This document shows positions 18,478-27,871 of a stretch of DNA of 64,000 nucleotides, in pieces (within the stretch, counting starts at the first letter, position 1; every line of letters begins with the position of its first letter). The notes beneath the pieces are model-generated. The model was not told the origin of the DNA. It searched no databases and was given only the letters and a program-made list of their open reading frames with translations. The DNA is taken from positions 1-64,000 of the IMG/VR virus record IMGVR_UViG_3300030329_006602. One strand, written 5' to 3'. This DNA is from a virus. Both the position numbers and the translations under genes were made by a program.

Positions 18478-19182
18478 TTAAAAGAATTTCTTTTCTAGCT
18501 TCTCTATTATGAATTTTAAAATTTCACTTCTAAGGATGTCGTCCTTGTCGAATTCGAAGTATTCTATTCCTCTTTTTTTGCTTTCTTCATCATGAAAGAT
18601 GTTTGCTATGTCCCTGAAGCCCGTCTTTCCGTTAATGTCACTCTGCAGAAAGTCTCCACAAATAAATAGCTTACTACCCTCTCCGATGCGAGTAATTAGG
18701 GTTACCAGTTCTTTGGCGGTAAAATTCTGCGCCTCGTCTGCTACTACTATTTTATTTTTCCAGTTGGCCCCCCTTAGGTAGTTAACGGGTATGGCTAATA
18801 ACCTGTTGGATTTTCTTAAAGATTCTTGGTCTGCAGGCTTTAGCATTTCTTCTAGTTTATCGTATAGGGGGCGAAGGTATGGATCAAATTTTTCATCCGC
18901 ATTGCCTGGGAGGGATCCCATATTTTTCTCAGCACTTTCGATAATAGTTCTTACATACAGTAAGTCGAGGTCCGTACTGCTAGAGAGCCAGCGGAGTGCC
19001 GAATATACTGCCATATAGGTTTTAGTTGAACCTGCGGGGCCGCTCAGGAATATAATTTTAGTTTGTGCCGCCAAAGAAATGCGGAGAAAATCTTTTTGTT
19101 TTTCCGTGAGGCGGGGGGAATTTATTGATAAAGTTTGCTTAAGGGTGGGTATACGTTTTTTGTTATTTTTTTGGTTCGTCAC
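18478..19182 (-). CDS. phoH: PhoH-like ATPase
   Basis: GPAGSTKTY; GSLPG..EKFDPY..PLYD; YLRGANW; DEAQN; TRIGEGSK..GD..QSD; DILRS. Confidence 0.95.
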   Translation of the reverse strand: MTNQKNNKKRIPTLKQTLSINSPRLTEKQKDFLRISLAAQTKIIFLSGPAGSTKTYMAVYSALRWLSSSTDLDLLYVRTIIESAEKNMGSLPGNADEKFDPYLRPLYDKLEEMLKPADQESLRKSNRLLAIPVNYLRGANWKNKIVVADEAQNFTAKELVTLITRIGEGSKLFICGDFLQSDINGKTGFRDIANIFHDEESKKRGIEYFEFDKDDILRSEILKFIIEKLEKKFF

Positions 19183-19507
19183 TTGATTTGCGATGTTTAT
19201 AAAGTTTCACTGCCTTGTGGGTTAGGGCTGGAATCATGGGTAGTACGCAAATAAAGGCTATTCCTAAAATTAAGGCTCCAAAAATTTTTAAAGGAGCGGT
19301 GGTTGTATCGGGAGCTGTGGCTTGCTTTAGTTCGGCTTTATCAAGGCTTCCGTCTTTGTTGGTATCGATTTCATCAAAATCCTTGGGGGTAAGGTGATGT
19401 ACAGCTTTGACAGGGGGCGGCACGGGATTAGGGGCGCGATTAGAAACGGGTGCCCGAAGCATGCAGCCTTGCAATAGAAGTGTAATCGCTAATAAAAGCT
19501 TGTTCAT
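19163..19507 (-). CDS. EF-hand lipoprotein with C-terminal TM
   Basis: Start MNKLL; LLQGC lipobox; DTNKDGSLDKAE EF-hand loop; TM helix. Confidence 0.75.
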   Translation of the reverse strand: MNKLLLAITLLLQGCMLRAPVSNRAPNPVPPPVKAVHHLTPKDFDEIDTNKDGSLDKAELKQATAPDTTTAPLKIFGALILGIAFICVLPMIPALTHKAVKLYKHRKSSDEPKK

Positions 19508-19543
19508 ATATAGTATATACACTACTATGGACAAAAGATATAT

Positions 19544-20986
19544 CTAATCGGCTCGATGTCCTGGATTATAAGGCCCTATCGGCCTGGGAGTATCGGAAGG
19601 AGGCGGTGGAGTGGGGACTTCTTTTATTACTTCAATTTCCTTGATCACCTCCACCTCCTTAATGACTTCAACGGGAACCTCCACCTTCTTTTCTACCTCT
19701 TTAATCACTTCCACTTCCTTAATGACTTCGACGGGAACCTCCACCTTCTTTTCCACTTCCTTAATGACTTCCACTTCCTTAATGACTTCGACGGGAACCT
19801 CCACCTTCTTTTCCACTTCCTTAATGACTTCCACTTCCTTAATGACTTCCACTTCCTTAATGACTTCCACGGGAACCTCCACCTCCTTGATAATTTCAAC
19901 TTCCTTGATTAGGTCTGCCTTTTTTTTAAACATTTTAGCAAGGCTCACATTGGCAGCTATAACCAGAAGAATGGCGAGAGGATCAAAGACTAGCATGATT
20001 ATTAATATAATTAATCTAACCGCTTGGTCGGATTCTAGTTTGGTGCCACCCATATCCTGCACCGCTTCCGCCACATATTTTAGGGGCCCAATTTCGGCTT
20101 CCAGCGCCCGTATTTTTTCTCCATATTTTAGTTTTTCTTTTTGGAGTTCTTCTATATTGTCCATGGATAGGCGGATTTTATTATTAGCTTCATCTATTTG
20201 AGTATGTATCTCCTTGAGGTTCACACTGCTTTCGCTATGTCCCGCTTCCACGGAGTTTCGTATGGCAGCTATCTGCGTAGAGGTTTCCTTTCGGAATGTT
20301 TCTATGTTCGAGTTGTATGCCTTTAGGGTTGTTGTTATTTCTTGTCGCTCCTCAGCCTGTTGGCCTTTTAACTCCTCTAATTTCTTTTTCTTATTGGAGA
20401 ACAAACCACCCCCTTGCTCCTCTAAGAGGGCGACGGCAGCGTCGAGCTCTTTACGTCGGTCGGTAAGTTTATCTATGCGCCCTTGCTCTATTGCAATATT
20501 TTTATCTAGACTTTCTAGTAGTTGAGCGACTCTTTTTTCTCCTCTGTCTGCGTCGATATCGCTCTGGCCAGAGTTGTATTGCAAGCGCTTTTCTGCCCCC
20601 GAGATATATTCCTCTTGCCTCTTTATGAGTTCGTTTTCTTTATTTATTTTTGTTTCAAGGGTGGCAATAAGGGTTTCTTCGTGGATGGCTTGAGATTGGT
20701 GTTCAATGTGGGACTTACTTAGGAATCCAAAGATTCCCATACTGGTTATACCCATAAGCACAATAACCGCAAAGGAGAGGTATGATTTAATTAATAAACT
20801 TGCCCGCTTCCAGTTTCTATGTAGCCAGACTGCTGCAATGATTTTGCCTATTTCAAGCACTATCCCCATTATTACTACGGAAATAAATGACCCAGGGAAA
20901 ATCGTGGCCAAACCTAATATACTAAAATACGCCGCAACACATGAAATGCTCAGCGCCGAGACTAAAGTTGTTATTGCAAATACCAT
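19544..20986 (-). CDS. Multi-TM coiled-coil phage protein with EVIKEVEVPV repeat tail
   Basis: AAYFSILGL, LEIGK, ITSMGIFGFLSKSH, EIGPLKYVA, VFDPLAILL motifs typical of large myovirus membrane proteins. Confidence 0.8.
   Translation of the reverse strand: MVFAITTLVSALSISCVAAYFSILGLATIFPGSFISVVIMGIVLEIGKIIAAVWLHRNWKRASLLIKSYLSFAVIVLMGITSMGIFGFLSKSHIEHQSQAIHEETLIATLETKINKENELIKRQEEYISGAEKRLQYNSGQSDIDADRGEKRVAQLLESLDKNIAIEQGRIDKLTDRRKELDAAVALLEEQGGGLFSNKKKKLEELKGQQAEERQEITTTLKAYNSNIETFRKETSTQIAAIRNSVEAGHSESSVNLKEIHTQIDEANNKIRLSMDNIEELQKEKLKYGEKIRALEAEIGPLKYVAEAVQDMGGTKLESDQAVRLIILIIMLVFDPLAILLVIAANVSLAKMFKKKADLIKEVEIIKEVEVPVEVIKEVEVIKEVEVIKEVEKKVEVPVEVIKEVEVIKEVEKKVEVPVEVIKEVEVIKEVEKKVEVPVEVIKEVEVIKEIEVIKEVPTPPPPSDTPRPIGPYNPGHRAD
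19617..19908. repeat. Coding tandem repeat, 60-nt unit with 18-nt subunits
   Basis: Lines 19681/19741/19801 nearly identical in register; encodes EVIKEVEVIKEVEKKVEVPV. Confidence 0.9.
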
Positions 20987-21004
20987 AACAGGTATTACAC
21001 TATA

Positions 21005-21310
21005 TTACATTATATAGTAGCCCACTTCAGATGCTCCCGCGAGGCTCCAGATTTCTTGTGCCTGAATAGGTGGATCTAATATGACGTCATTGGAAAAACT
21101 CACGGAAACCGTGTCTCCATTCGTGTCTTTATAATCAAAGGCCGCGGACGCAGCGATCCACGTTATGTAAATATATTGACTTTTCCGTGGGAGCTCCCCC
21201 GCCTGCCAGGAACCACTGCCTGGGTAGTTTGGCGATCCTGCCCCAGTTACCATGCAAATGCGGGCAGTGTCGGGGTTGAGTGTGATTGGTGGTACTTGTG
21301 GATATCCCAT
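21005..21310 (-). CDS. Hypothetical, putative virion protein
   Basis: Beta-rich composition; GTGTATAAATA upstream. Confidence 0.65.
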   Translation of the reverse strand: MGYPQVPPITLNPDTARICMVTGAGSPNYPGSGSWQAGELPRKSQYIYITWIAASAAFDYKDTNGDTVSVSFSNDVILDPPIQAQEIWSLAGASEVGYYIM

Positions 21311-21326
21311 CTTACTTATTTATACA

Positions 21327-21533
21327 CTATATTAATCCTAATGTGTCTCCTTTTCTACAATTACACCACTGCACTGAGCCTTGGGATGTCTTTTTTCTGC
21401 GCTTATACTGGCTATAACAAACGGCCGCGCGCTGTTTCTCGTCGGAATACTCCGATTTCATTATGTCATCACTCATGCAACGACTAACGAATTTGCTTTG
21501 TTCTTCTTGTTTATTTGGTTTGGGTATTGGCAT
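21327..21533 (-). CDS. Small conserved phage protein (PIPKP..FVSRCM..QRAAVCYS)
   Basis: Motif recalled from many tailed phages; function unknown. Confidence 0.75.
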   Translation of the reverse strand: MPIPKPNKQEEQSKFVSRCMSDDIMKSEYSDEKQRAAVCYSQYKRRKKTSQGSVQWCNCRKGDTLGLI

Positions 21534-21859
21534 TATTCTATTTGTTTGAGGTATTCTCTCCTGAAGGTTTTGATGTTTTCTAGGAAGAAGGTTAATAAAT
21601 AAGTTGTAGGAACGGGAGGATTGATTCCTGCTTCGGACTTCTCTTCGATGGTGGTTTTGCTGGCCACATTGACTGGAAACTCATCCTTTATCACTTGTGG
21701 AATGGCGACAGCGTCGGCCAATGCTACGGAATTTCCGTTTTCATCCGCATATAAAAATCTCTTTAATGAAGTGGGTGGCTGATTGAGGCTCGCCACAGCA
21801 GCTGTTGCTCCAACGGGGGAGGTGGACGCTTTTTTTTCATTAGATTTTAATAGAGACAT
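21533..21859 (-). CDS. Hypothetical protein
   Basis: TAATG-coupled ORF in late cluster. Confidence 0.65.
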   Translation of the reverse strand: MSLLKSNEKKASTSPVGATAAVASLNQPPTSLKRFLYADENGNSVALADAVAIPQVIKDEFPVNVASKTTIEEKSEAGINPPVPTTYLLTFFLENIKTFRREYLKQIE

Positions 21860-22200
21860 TAGTAGTTATGGTTTTCTATTACGGTAAAACGTCCTGCACT
21901 TACTCCCGTGAGGTCTACTTTAGCCTGCAGAAAGTTCCAAGTATCCGCATAAAGCAATCCCTCCGAATTAGTGGTACTATCTATGGTGTAATTGGCAACA
22001 GGTAAAAAACGTGCACTATCTCCTTCCTGATTTGAGACTAAAACTCTAAAGTGTCCCGAAGCTGGTAAGCCATCGGTTAAAACTTGATAACTATGCCGTG
22101 TATAAATAGAGGTTCCTACCGCCGTACCCGTATAATTAACACTAACATTATCAATGCTAGTGACAGTGAGATCGGTACCTAGTAAATGGGGGTCGGACAT
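21859..22200 (-). CDS. Hypothetical, putative virion protein
   Basis: Beta-rich Thr/Ser/Gly composition. Confidence 0.65.
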   Translation of the reverse strand: MSDPHLLGTDLTVTSIDNVSVNYTGTAVGTSIYTRHSYQVLTDGLPASGHFRVLVSNQEGDSARFLPVANYTIDSTTNSEGLLYADTWNFLQAKVDLTGVSAGRFTVIENHNY

Positions 22201-22271
22201 AGTCGAATAAATTTAGTGCATACTTCTAAGAAAGTATACACTTTTCACCCTCAACTATGAAGAACTAAAAT

Positions 22272-23912
22272 TTACAAATCGTATTTACCTCCAAACAGTG
22301 GGGTAATATGAGGATCCCCGCAGGCTTGAGTGGTGTTATTTATTATTTGCCAGTCGCCATCAACGTCGCTACTAAACAGTAAATCTCCCGAGTGACCGCT
22401 ATTTCCAAAATCTAGTCGCGATCCCGTACCCCATCCGTCTGGAGTTTCGGCGATATAAGTATTATCGGCGTTTGCTGTGCCACTAATAGTGCCTCCGTGA
22501 GGACACATGCACTGTCCCATGGTCCACAAAGTAGAAGCCACGGGATCTCCATAGCCCCACATGAGTCTAACGGGATTGCTAGCATTGGGATAATCCGCCG
22601 CGGTCACATTATCCCTGTTGTTGGTTGCGTCTTCGCCTAATCGAAAAAATGACACCATGCATTTATTTTCTGAAACGTAAGTGTTTTTCCAGTCTGAGTC
22701 TCTGCGGCCTATGCTTCCGCTAAATTGAACCCAGCCACCCCCTGGGCCATTTAAACCTCCAGTGGTAAAGACGAGGCCTACTTGATCGGATGGGGTTCCT
22801 GCTGCGCCCGCATCATCAGCATCAGCGTTTACGGTATAAGGGTCAAGGCTTAATACCATTGCTCCTGTTTCTTCTAGGTGAGTCATTTGAGCGCCGTTCT
22901 TCCATAGTCCATTCGACGGACCAGCGGAAAACCCTGTTTTTGCTGCAATTCCTGCTGCTGTAGTCTCACCAGGCGGTAATCCTGGAGGGCCTAGATATCC
23001 CCCTCCATCACGGGGAGATCTCGCAAAAGTCGTTCCCTTATAACCTCCCCCGTTGCCCATCATTATTGCCAGATTTCCGTAATACATATTGCGACTAGTA
23101 CCGTTTGATAGCGCAACTGAAGCTCCATAAGTTCGGACCATTCCCCCTGAGGGGGTAGTGTATCTGAAAGTGAGCCGCCTCCCTGGTTGCCAGGTATTTC
23201 CATTACCGACACCGCTAGTGTGATAGGTATCCACACCCCCAAACTGGTTAGGAATACGCACGTAGGAATCTCCTTTAAGTTTATAAGTAAAACTGTAGTC
23301 AGAAAAAGTTGGAGAAGCAACGGGTTCTGTCCAGGATCCAGCTTGAGCGTCCCAGGGATAATTGCTATCGAGCGCCGTGCGGCCTGCTTTGTTTGAGTAA
23401 TTACCTAGTTGCGCGGAAAACATCCAATATCTTCCTCCGAATCCGCCTTCGCCCCCATTCCATAAATATTTATCTAGACTGAAGTGATTGTATCTCCAGT
23501 AGGGCCGCCCATTGAATAGACCTTCCTGTACATATGTACCATTCCATGCAGAACCCAATCCCCCAACAGTAACGGTGCGACGAAAGCCTTCTCCTGAGGG
23601 TTTAATGCCTGCTGAAAATTTTCCATGGGAGAAAAGGGGTACGTTGTATTCTTCACTTCGTGGTAAGTCCCACGAGTTGGGGTTGTTCCCTGCGTTGTAG
23701 GGAGTTATGCAGGGAAACTCAAGCTGCCAACTGGGAGAACCATAACCCGCGCCTGTGGGAACATCGCTGGTCGTGGGTGACTGGGTTACTGAATCAGGGA
23801 GTCCTAAGAGGCCACTTATCTGAAAGTAGCTTATCTCCTGGTCTGGTGGCAAAAGATTGGCAAGCATCCCGCTTGAGGGAGTTGCAATAATGTCTATTTT
23901 TGTGGTGGCCAT
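22272..23912 (-). CDS. Gly/Ser/Thr-rich putative fibre or adhesin ending in a GDPH motif
   Basis: NGTY..FNGRPYW..WMFS module; C-terminus CGDPHITPLFGGKYDL. Confidence 0.7.
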   Translation of the reverse strand: MATTKIDIIATPSSGMLANLLPPDQEISYFQISGLLGLPDSVTQSPTTSDVPTGAGYGSPSWQLEFPCITPYNAGNNPNSWDLPRSEEYNVPLFSHGKFSAGIKPSGEGFRRTVTVGGLGSAWNGTYVQEGLFNGRPYWRYNHFSLDKYLWNGGEGGFGGRYWMFSAQLGNYSNKAGRTALDSNYPWDAQAGSWTEPVASPTFSDYSFTYKLKGDSYVRIPNQFGGVDTYHTSGVGNGNTWQPGRRLTFRYTTPSGGMVRTYGASVALSNGTSRNMYYGNLAIMMGNGGGYKGTTFARSPRDGGGYLGPPGLPPGETTAAGIAAKTGFSAGPSNGLWKNGAQMTHLEETGAMVLSLDPYTVNADADDAGAAGTPSDQVGLVFTTGGLNGPGGGWVQFSGSIGRRDSDWKNTYVSENKCMVSFFRLGEDATNNRDNVTAADYPNASNPVRLMWGYGDPVASTLWTMGQCMCPHGGTISGTANADNTYIAETPDGWGTGSRLDFGNSGHSGDLLFSSDVDGDWQIINNTTQACGDPHITPLFGGKYDL

Positions 23913-23949
23913 ATGGTATATTACACCACACTTTACCTGCTGTGAAAGC

Positions 23950-24690
23950 TTACCAGGTTAATGGTTTTGGAGCGGCATCTGGTTTTCTAGGCTCCGATCC
24001 CCTGGTCTGAGGATCACTGTTTAACCACTTTTCATGGGCCGCTATGGTGGCCTCCCATTGCCTGGCCAGGATTTTATTAGCGTAATCTATCTCATCCTGA
24101 CCTTTTTGCAGAGGGAGTATAGTGGAAAGCTTAGGTATTTCCTTTGCGCATAATTCGGATACAAGAGCACCACGCGAGGTTGCAGGGGTCACGAGTTTGA
24201 GGTTGTCATCCAACTGAATGTTCACCCCTCTGTTTTGGGTGGTTAGTTTTAGTGTCGCTATGTCGGGTATTGTAATTTCTATTCGCCTATTGAGAACGGG
24301 GCTATTTGCTGCAGTGGTGTGGTGGTAGAAAATGGAAAAACCCTTTATCCTATGATGCCCTTCCCTGAATTTAATATTTCTCAGAGGCCTAATAATAGTT
24401 CCATCCTTTAGGTCTATCTTTAGTTTTTTGCCTTGATGATTTACGAGAACAAATCGTGCGTAGCTAAGGCCTTTTTTTACGTCGGGATTATATTTTACTA
24501 GTTTTTTAAGTAGGTGGGGAAATCGAAATTGTCCACTTCGCCATGGCTGCCATTCCTCCAGTGCGTCATATTCGCAATACGAGTTTATCACTAGCCTATT
24601 ATCTTTTTGCATATTATCGAACATGCAGAAGATCTTGGGCTCCTTGGAGGGGGCTAGTAATAAGAGGATTAGGTCTTTCATTAATTTCAT
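23950..24690 (-). CDS. Hypothetical protein, possible vWD-like domain body
   Basis: KIFCMFDNMQKDNRLVINS; GTGTA motif upstream. Confidence 0.6.
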   Translation of the reverse strand: MKLMKDLILLLLAPSKEPKIFCMFDNMQKDNRLVINSYCEYDALEEWQPWRSGQFRFPHLLKKLVKYNPDVKKGLSYARFVLVNHQGKKLKIDLKDGTIIRPLRNIKFREGHHRIKGFSIFYHHTTAANSPVLNRRIEITIPDIATLKLTTQNRGVNIQLDDNLKLVTPATSRGALVSELCAKEIPKLSTILPLQKGQDEIDYANKILARQWEATIAAHEKWLNSDPQTRGSEPRKPDAAPKPLTW

Positions 24691-24706
24691 TGAATATAAT
24701 TACACT

Positions 24707-25246
24707 TCATGCGAATGTATAGTTATAGGTTTCTGTATCCTCCTTATATTTCTGCTGCACCCGTTTTTCGAGGGACGGGGTATAGTAATACTGGTAGGGT
24801 TCACGAGGACCCGTACACCTATCTCTTACCAAGGCGTCTATGGGGTAGTTAATTTTTTGTGATATAAGGCTCAGGTCCTCCGTCCGATTTTCAAACCTCC
24901 CCACGAAGTCCATGGCTCCATAATTTAAATAGTCTTTAAACGTTACTCCTTGTTCATGTGGACACGGGGTATAGTGGTCTAAAAAGAATTCTAAAGAATG
25001 GCCCGACAGGGCGTTGATCTTTTCATAAATTGGCTGATGCCATAAAGAAATAACCCTGTCCCACGGATTTCTCACAAAGGTAAACTTAAAATAATTATCC
25101 CAGATCTCTTGGCCTACTTTAAGGTAAATGCTTTTCGCACACAAATGTTTGGTAGGTTCGTCGGCAAAATTGAAGCTTCTTTCTAGAGCTGTTCCTCCTG
25201 TCCTAGGTATATGAATAAAAATACACTTGTGTTCGTGGCTGATCAT
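24707..25246 (-). CDS. Sulfotransferase (Sulfotransfer_2 family)
   Basis: FIHIPRTGGT; FVRNPWDRVISLW; FVGRFEN. Confidence 0.9.
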   Translation of the reverse strand: MISHEHKCIFIHIPRTGGTALERSFNFADEPTKHLCAKSIYLKVGQEIWDNYFKFTFVRNPWDRVISLWHQPIYEKINALSGHSLEFFLDHYTPCPHEQGVTFKDYLNYGAMDFVGRFENRTEDLSLISQKINYPIDALVRDRCTGPREPYQYYYTPSLEKRVQQKYKEDTETYNYTFA

Positions 25247-25259
25247 TATCTAGTAACAC

Positions 25260-26150
25260 CTAAGAGATATGAGGCTGAGAAAGACCAGCCTTTGAGATTT
25301 CTACATGCGCCCGTCTTTTTCCGTAACCATATCCGCGATTATTCATACCCATGGAGCATTGGGTTTCTGTAAATCCTGCGTCTTCTAACCATTTATTTAA
25401 ACAGGGTATAGAAGGAGTGTAACCATGAGCGTTACCTCTTCGTGCGCACGGAAACCAATCGCCTTTAACGGGACCAGAATCAAAAGCCGTAGTCTCTACA
25501 AAAATCTCACCGCCATCTTTTAATGAATTAAATAGTCGCCTGAGCCCCACTGTCGGGTCTGAGAGGTGATAAACTACACCTGGACAATAAACTATGTCAT
25601 ACTTTTTATCGCTTTCAAACTCATAAAGACTTTGACTTTTACAAATGACATTTTTCTGTTGATAAATTTCATTCACTAGTACGTTTGCTGTGGATGCATA
25701 TTTTTGAACCTCCTCTAGCGCTAAAACGTGATCTGCCCCTAGAATTTTAAGCATTAAGGTGGTTCCTCCTGTCCAGCATCCAACATCAAGCACATCTTTG
25801 TCTTGAAAGTGAGTATTAGGCAAATTATATTTAACCATAAACTGTGCCATTGAATTTATATGCCTGTCGGCCATTTGTCCTGTAACCTTGAGGTTATTAT
25901 TGAATATGTGATTATGTCCCCATACGAATTTTACCGATTGCTTTCTCTGATTTTCAGAAGTGTTAAACGTTTCATTGGCCACGCTTACTCGCCCAATCTG
26001 AGACAACAACTCTCTCGCCAGTTCTAATTGTTTTTCAGTGGTGATCCTGGAAAGCTCTTCATACATCTTAGATAGCTCCGCCTCTTTAATTGTTACGTGT
26101 TCTTTATATTTCATTGTTTTGTGTTTTTTATCTAAAATTTCTCCAACCAT
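25260..26150 (-). CDS. SAM-dependent methyltransferase (CmoB-like)
   Basis: VLDVGCWTG; YDIVYCPGVVYHLSDP; true start probably downstream. Confidence 0.8.
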   Translation of the reverse strand: MVGEILDKKHKTMKYKEHVTIKEAELSKMYEELSRITTEKQLELARELLSQIGRVSVANETFNTSENQRKQSVKFVWGHNHIFNNNLKVTGQMADRHINSMAQFMVKYNLPNTHFQDKDVLDVGCWTGGTTLMLKILGADHVLALEEVQKYASTANVLVNEIYQQKNVICKSQSLYEFESDKKYDIVYCPGVVYHLSDPTVGLRRLFNSLKDGGEIFVETTAFDSGPVKGDWFPCARRGNAHGYTPSIPCLNKWLEDAGFTETQCSMGMNNRGYGYGKRRAHVEISKAGLSQPHIS

Positions 26151-26982
26151 GAGACTCGTGGAAGTACTTAAAATCCAGTTTCATAATTTTTTCTTTTGGG
26201 CAAAACATTCTTAGGGCATTGGCCATTATTACATGATCTCCCCACCTGTGCTGTTCAATTCCAGCTAAAGAATAAATATAACTCAAATAAGCTGTTACGT
26301 CGGGGCGCCGCCAGAATTTTAAATCCATAAAGGCAAAGTTAGTATAATAATGGAGGCAGCTGATATCGCTCTCGGGGTCGCAGAGAATAGAGACTTTTCC
26401 ATCTCTTATGTATTGTTTTATTGCTTGTGGAAGAGTGGCTAGCGTGGGCTCGTGGGTATCTACCTTGCTTCTAATGTATCCGTAGGTATAGCCGCCTTGA
26501 ATGAATTTATCTACATTTAAGGGGGAGTGGAGAGTGGAGTCTGCGTCAAGTCTGATGCAGTAGTCGTAGTTTTTTAAGTAGTGGAACATTTCCATTGCGC
26601 TAAATAAAATCATTCCTTTGTATCCCAAAATTTTCTGCCTGGGATGCAAGGTCGAAATGTCTATTGTTTTATGCTGGCGTAAATGGTTTTCCAAAAGACG
26701 TTGCGCGGGGTTCTCCCAAACGTTAACAAACTGAGTATCTGTAATTTTTTTTAGATCGCTTTTTAGTTTATCGGAGAGCGCTATATCTTCAAAGATGATA
26801 TTATCAACCTCTACGTCGGGAGAATATTTAAGGTATTTTTTAATCAATTTATTCCTGTCGAGCAAAAGATGTTCGTGACGTTTATGGCACAGGCATGTCA
26901 CTGCGATTTTTTTAGGGCTATTCATTAATGAATTCATTTCTAATGAGTTTAATTTGTTCGGAAAAACCTCCTGTGTCCGCAA
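26128..26982 (-). CDS. GT15 (KRE2/MNT1-like) glycosyltransferase
   Basis: YDYCIRLDADS; HYYTNFAFMDLKFWR; GIEQHRWGD. Confidence 0.8.
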   Translation of the reverse strand: MRTQEVFPNKLNSLEMNSLMNSPKKIAVTCLCHKRHEHLLLDRNKLIKKYLKYSPDVEVDNIIFEDIALSDKLKSDLKKITDTQFVNVWENPAQRLLENHLRQHKTIDISTLHPRQKILGYKGMILFSAMEMFHYLKNYDYCIRLDADSTLHSPLNVDKFIQGGYTYGYIRSKVDTHEPTLATLPQAIKQYIRDGKVSILCDPESDISCLHYYTNFAFMDLKFWRRPDVTAYLSYIYSLAGIEQHRWGDHVIMANALRMFCPKEKIMKLDFKYFHESHGWRNFR

Positions 26983-27871
26983 TTAAATGCTCTGCGTTAC
27001 ATAAATAACAGATTTGATAATCTATCCTATGATAACCTTGAAGGCGAGCATGGTCAAGTATTTTTATTTTAAGGGAAGGAAACTCCTCTATGACGGAGGA
27101 AAATAGTTGTCTGTAGAGTTTTAAGTTTGCCTCAAGTTTTTCGTCGCTGTAATTAAACTGGCCCGACCAAGGGTGGTCTCCAAAATGCATTGCCGTTACA
27201 AAAGTAATAGAATTAATATTTGCGGGATCGCCAAGTGACATGGATCCCCTCTTTAAACATTCATTGGCATAATTATTAGGAACTAGAGGATCTGGCGGAA
27301 CTGGCTTGGGGTATTTGGCTACAGGAGGAGAGTTTATCTTTTTTCGAATTAAATCTATTAAGGTACCATTTTCCTGATTTTGGGGAAGGAGATGGAGATC
27401 GAATTTCCCCTCAAGCGCCGACCGTTCTTCAGGTCCCAGTACTAGTACGTCTCCCCCTCTTAAATTAATGCATAGCTCTGAGGGGGAGGGGAGGGCATAC
27501 TGACTACTTTGTTTTTTGACTATAGCTGCAAGTAGCTTGTAATCTCGCTCCTTAGAGTGATCGATAAATTTCCCCGTGAATTCCTCAAATTGGTTGCAAG
27601 TTTTTGTTGAGGCAAGAGGAATCTTTTTAAATTCATCTGTCGAAATTTCATTAAGGTAATCTCTGAGTATAGACCCCTTGAATTCTTTGTTATGTAAAAT
27701 ATGGACGCGCGAGTTTTCTGAGCGCTCCAAGCCGCGCCTGTCAATAATGTCTCCCACTCTATAATGCTGATTGGACTTCAGGATAGGGATTTGTTGTATG
27801 AGCTTCTCTAGATTTGGCATATTTTTTTTAATTGTTTTATGTCCAGGTTTATGCTGTAATCGGCACAGCAA
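26918..27871 (-). CDS. Hypothetical, possibly GT-related
   Basis: YRVGD and INLRGGDV (HxRxGD-like); GGFS. Confidence 0.55.
   Translation of the reverse strand: MLCRLQHKPGHKTIKKNMPNLEKLIQQIPILKSNQHYRVGDIIDRRGLERSENSRVHILHNKEFKGSILRDYLNEISTDEFKKIPLASTKTCNQFEEFTGKFIDHSKERDYKLLAAIVKKQSSQYALPSPSELCINLRGGDVLVLGPEERSALEGKFDLHLLPQNQENGTLIDLIRKKINSPPVAKYPKPVPPDPLVPNNYANECLKRGSMSLGDPANINSITFVTAMHFGDHPWSGQFNYSDEKLEANLKLYRQLFSSVIEEFPSLKIKILDHARLQGYHRIDYQICYLCNAEHLIADTGGFSEQIKLIRNEFINE

Noticed and set aside
19617-19908. Regular repeats resembling a CRISPR array
   Set aside because: No unique spacers; in-frame coding repeat; no cas1/cas2, and the Cas4-like gene sits in the replication module
19556-20201. 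Long plus-strand ORFs (TSTSLM / HFLND repeats)
   Set aside because: Antisense shadows of the coding repeat
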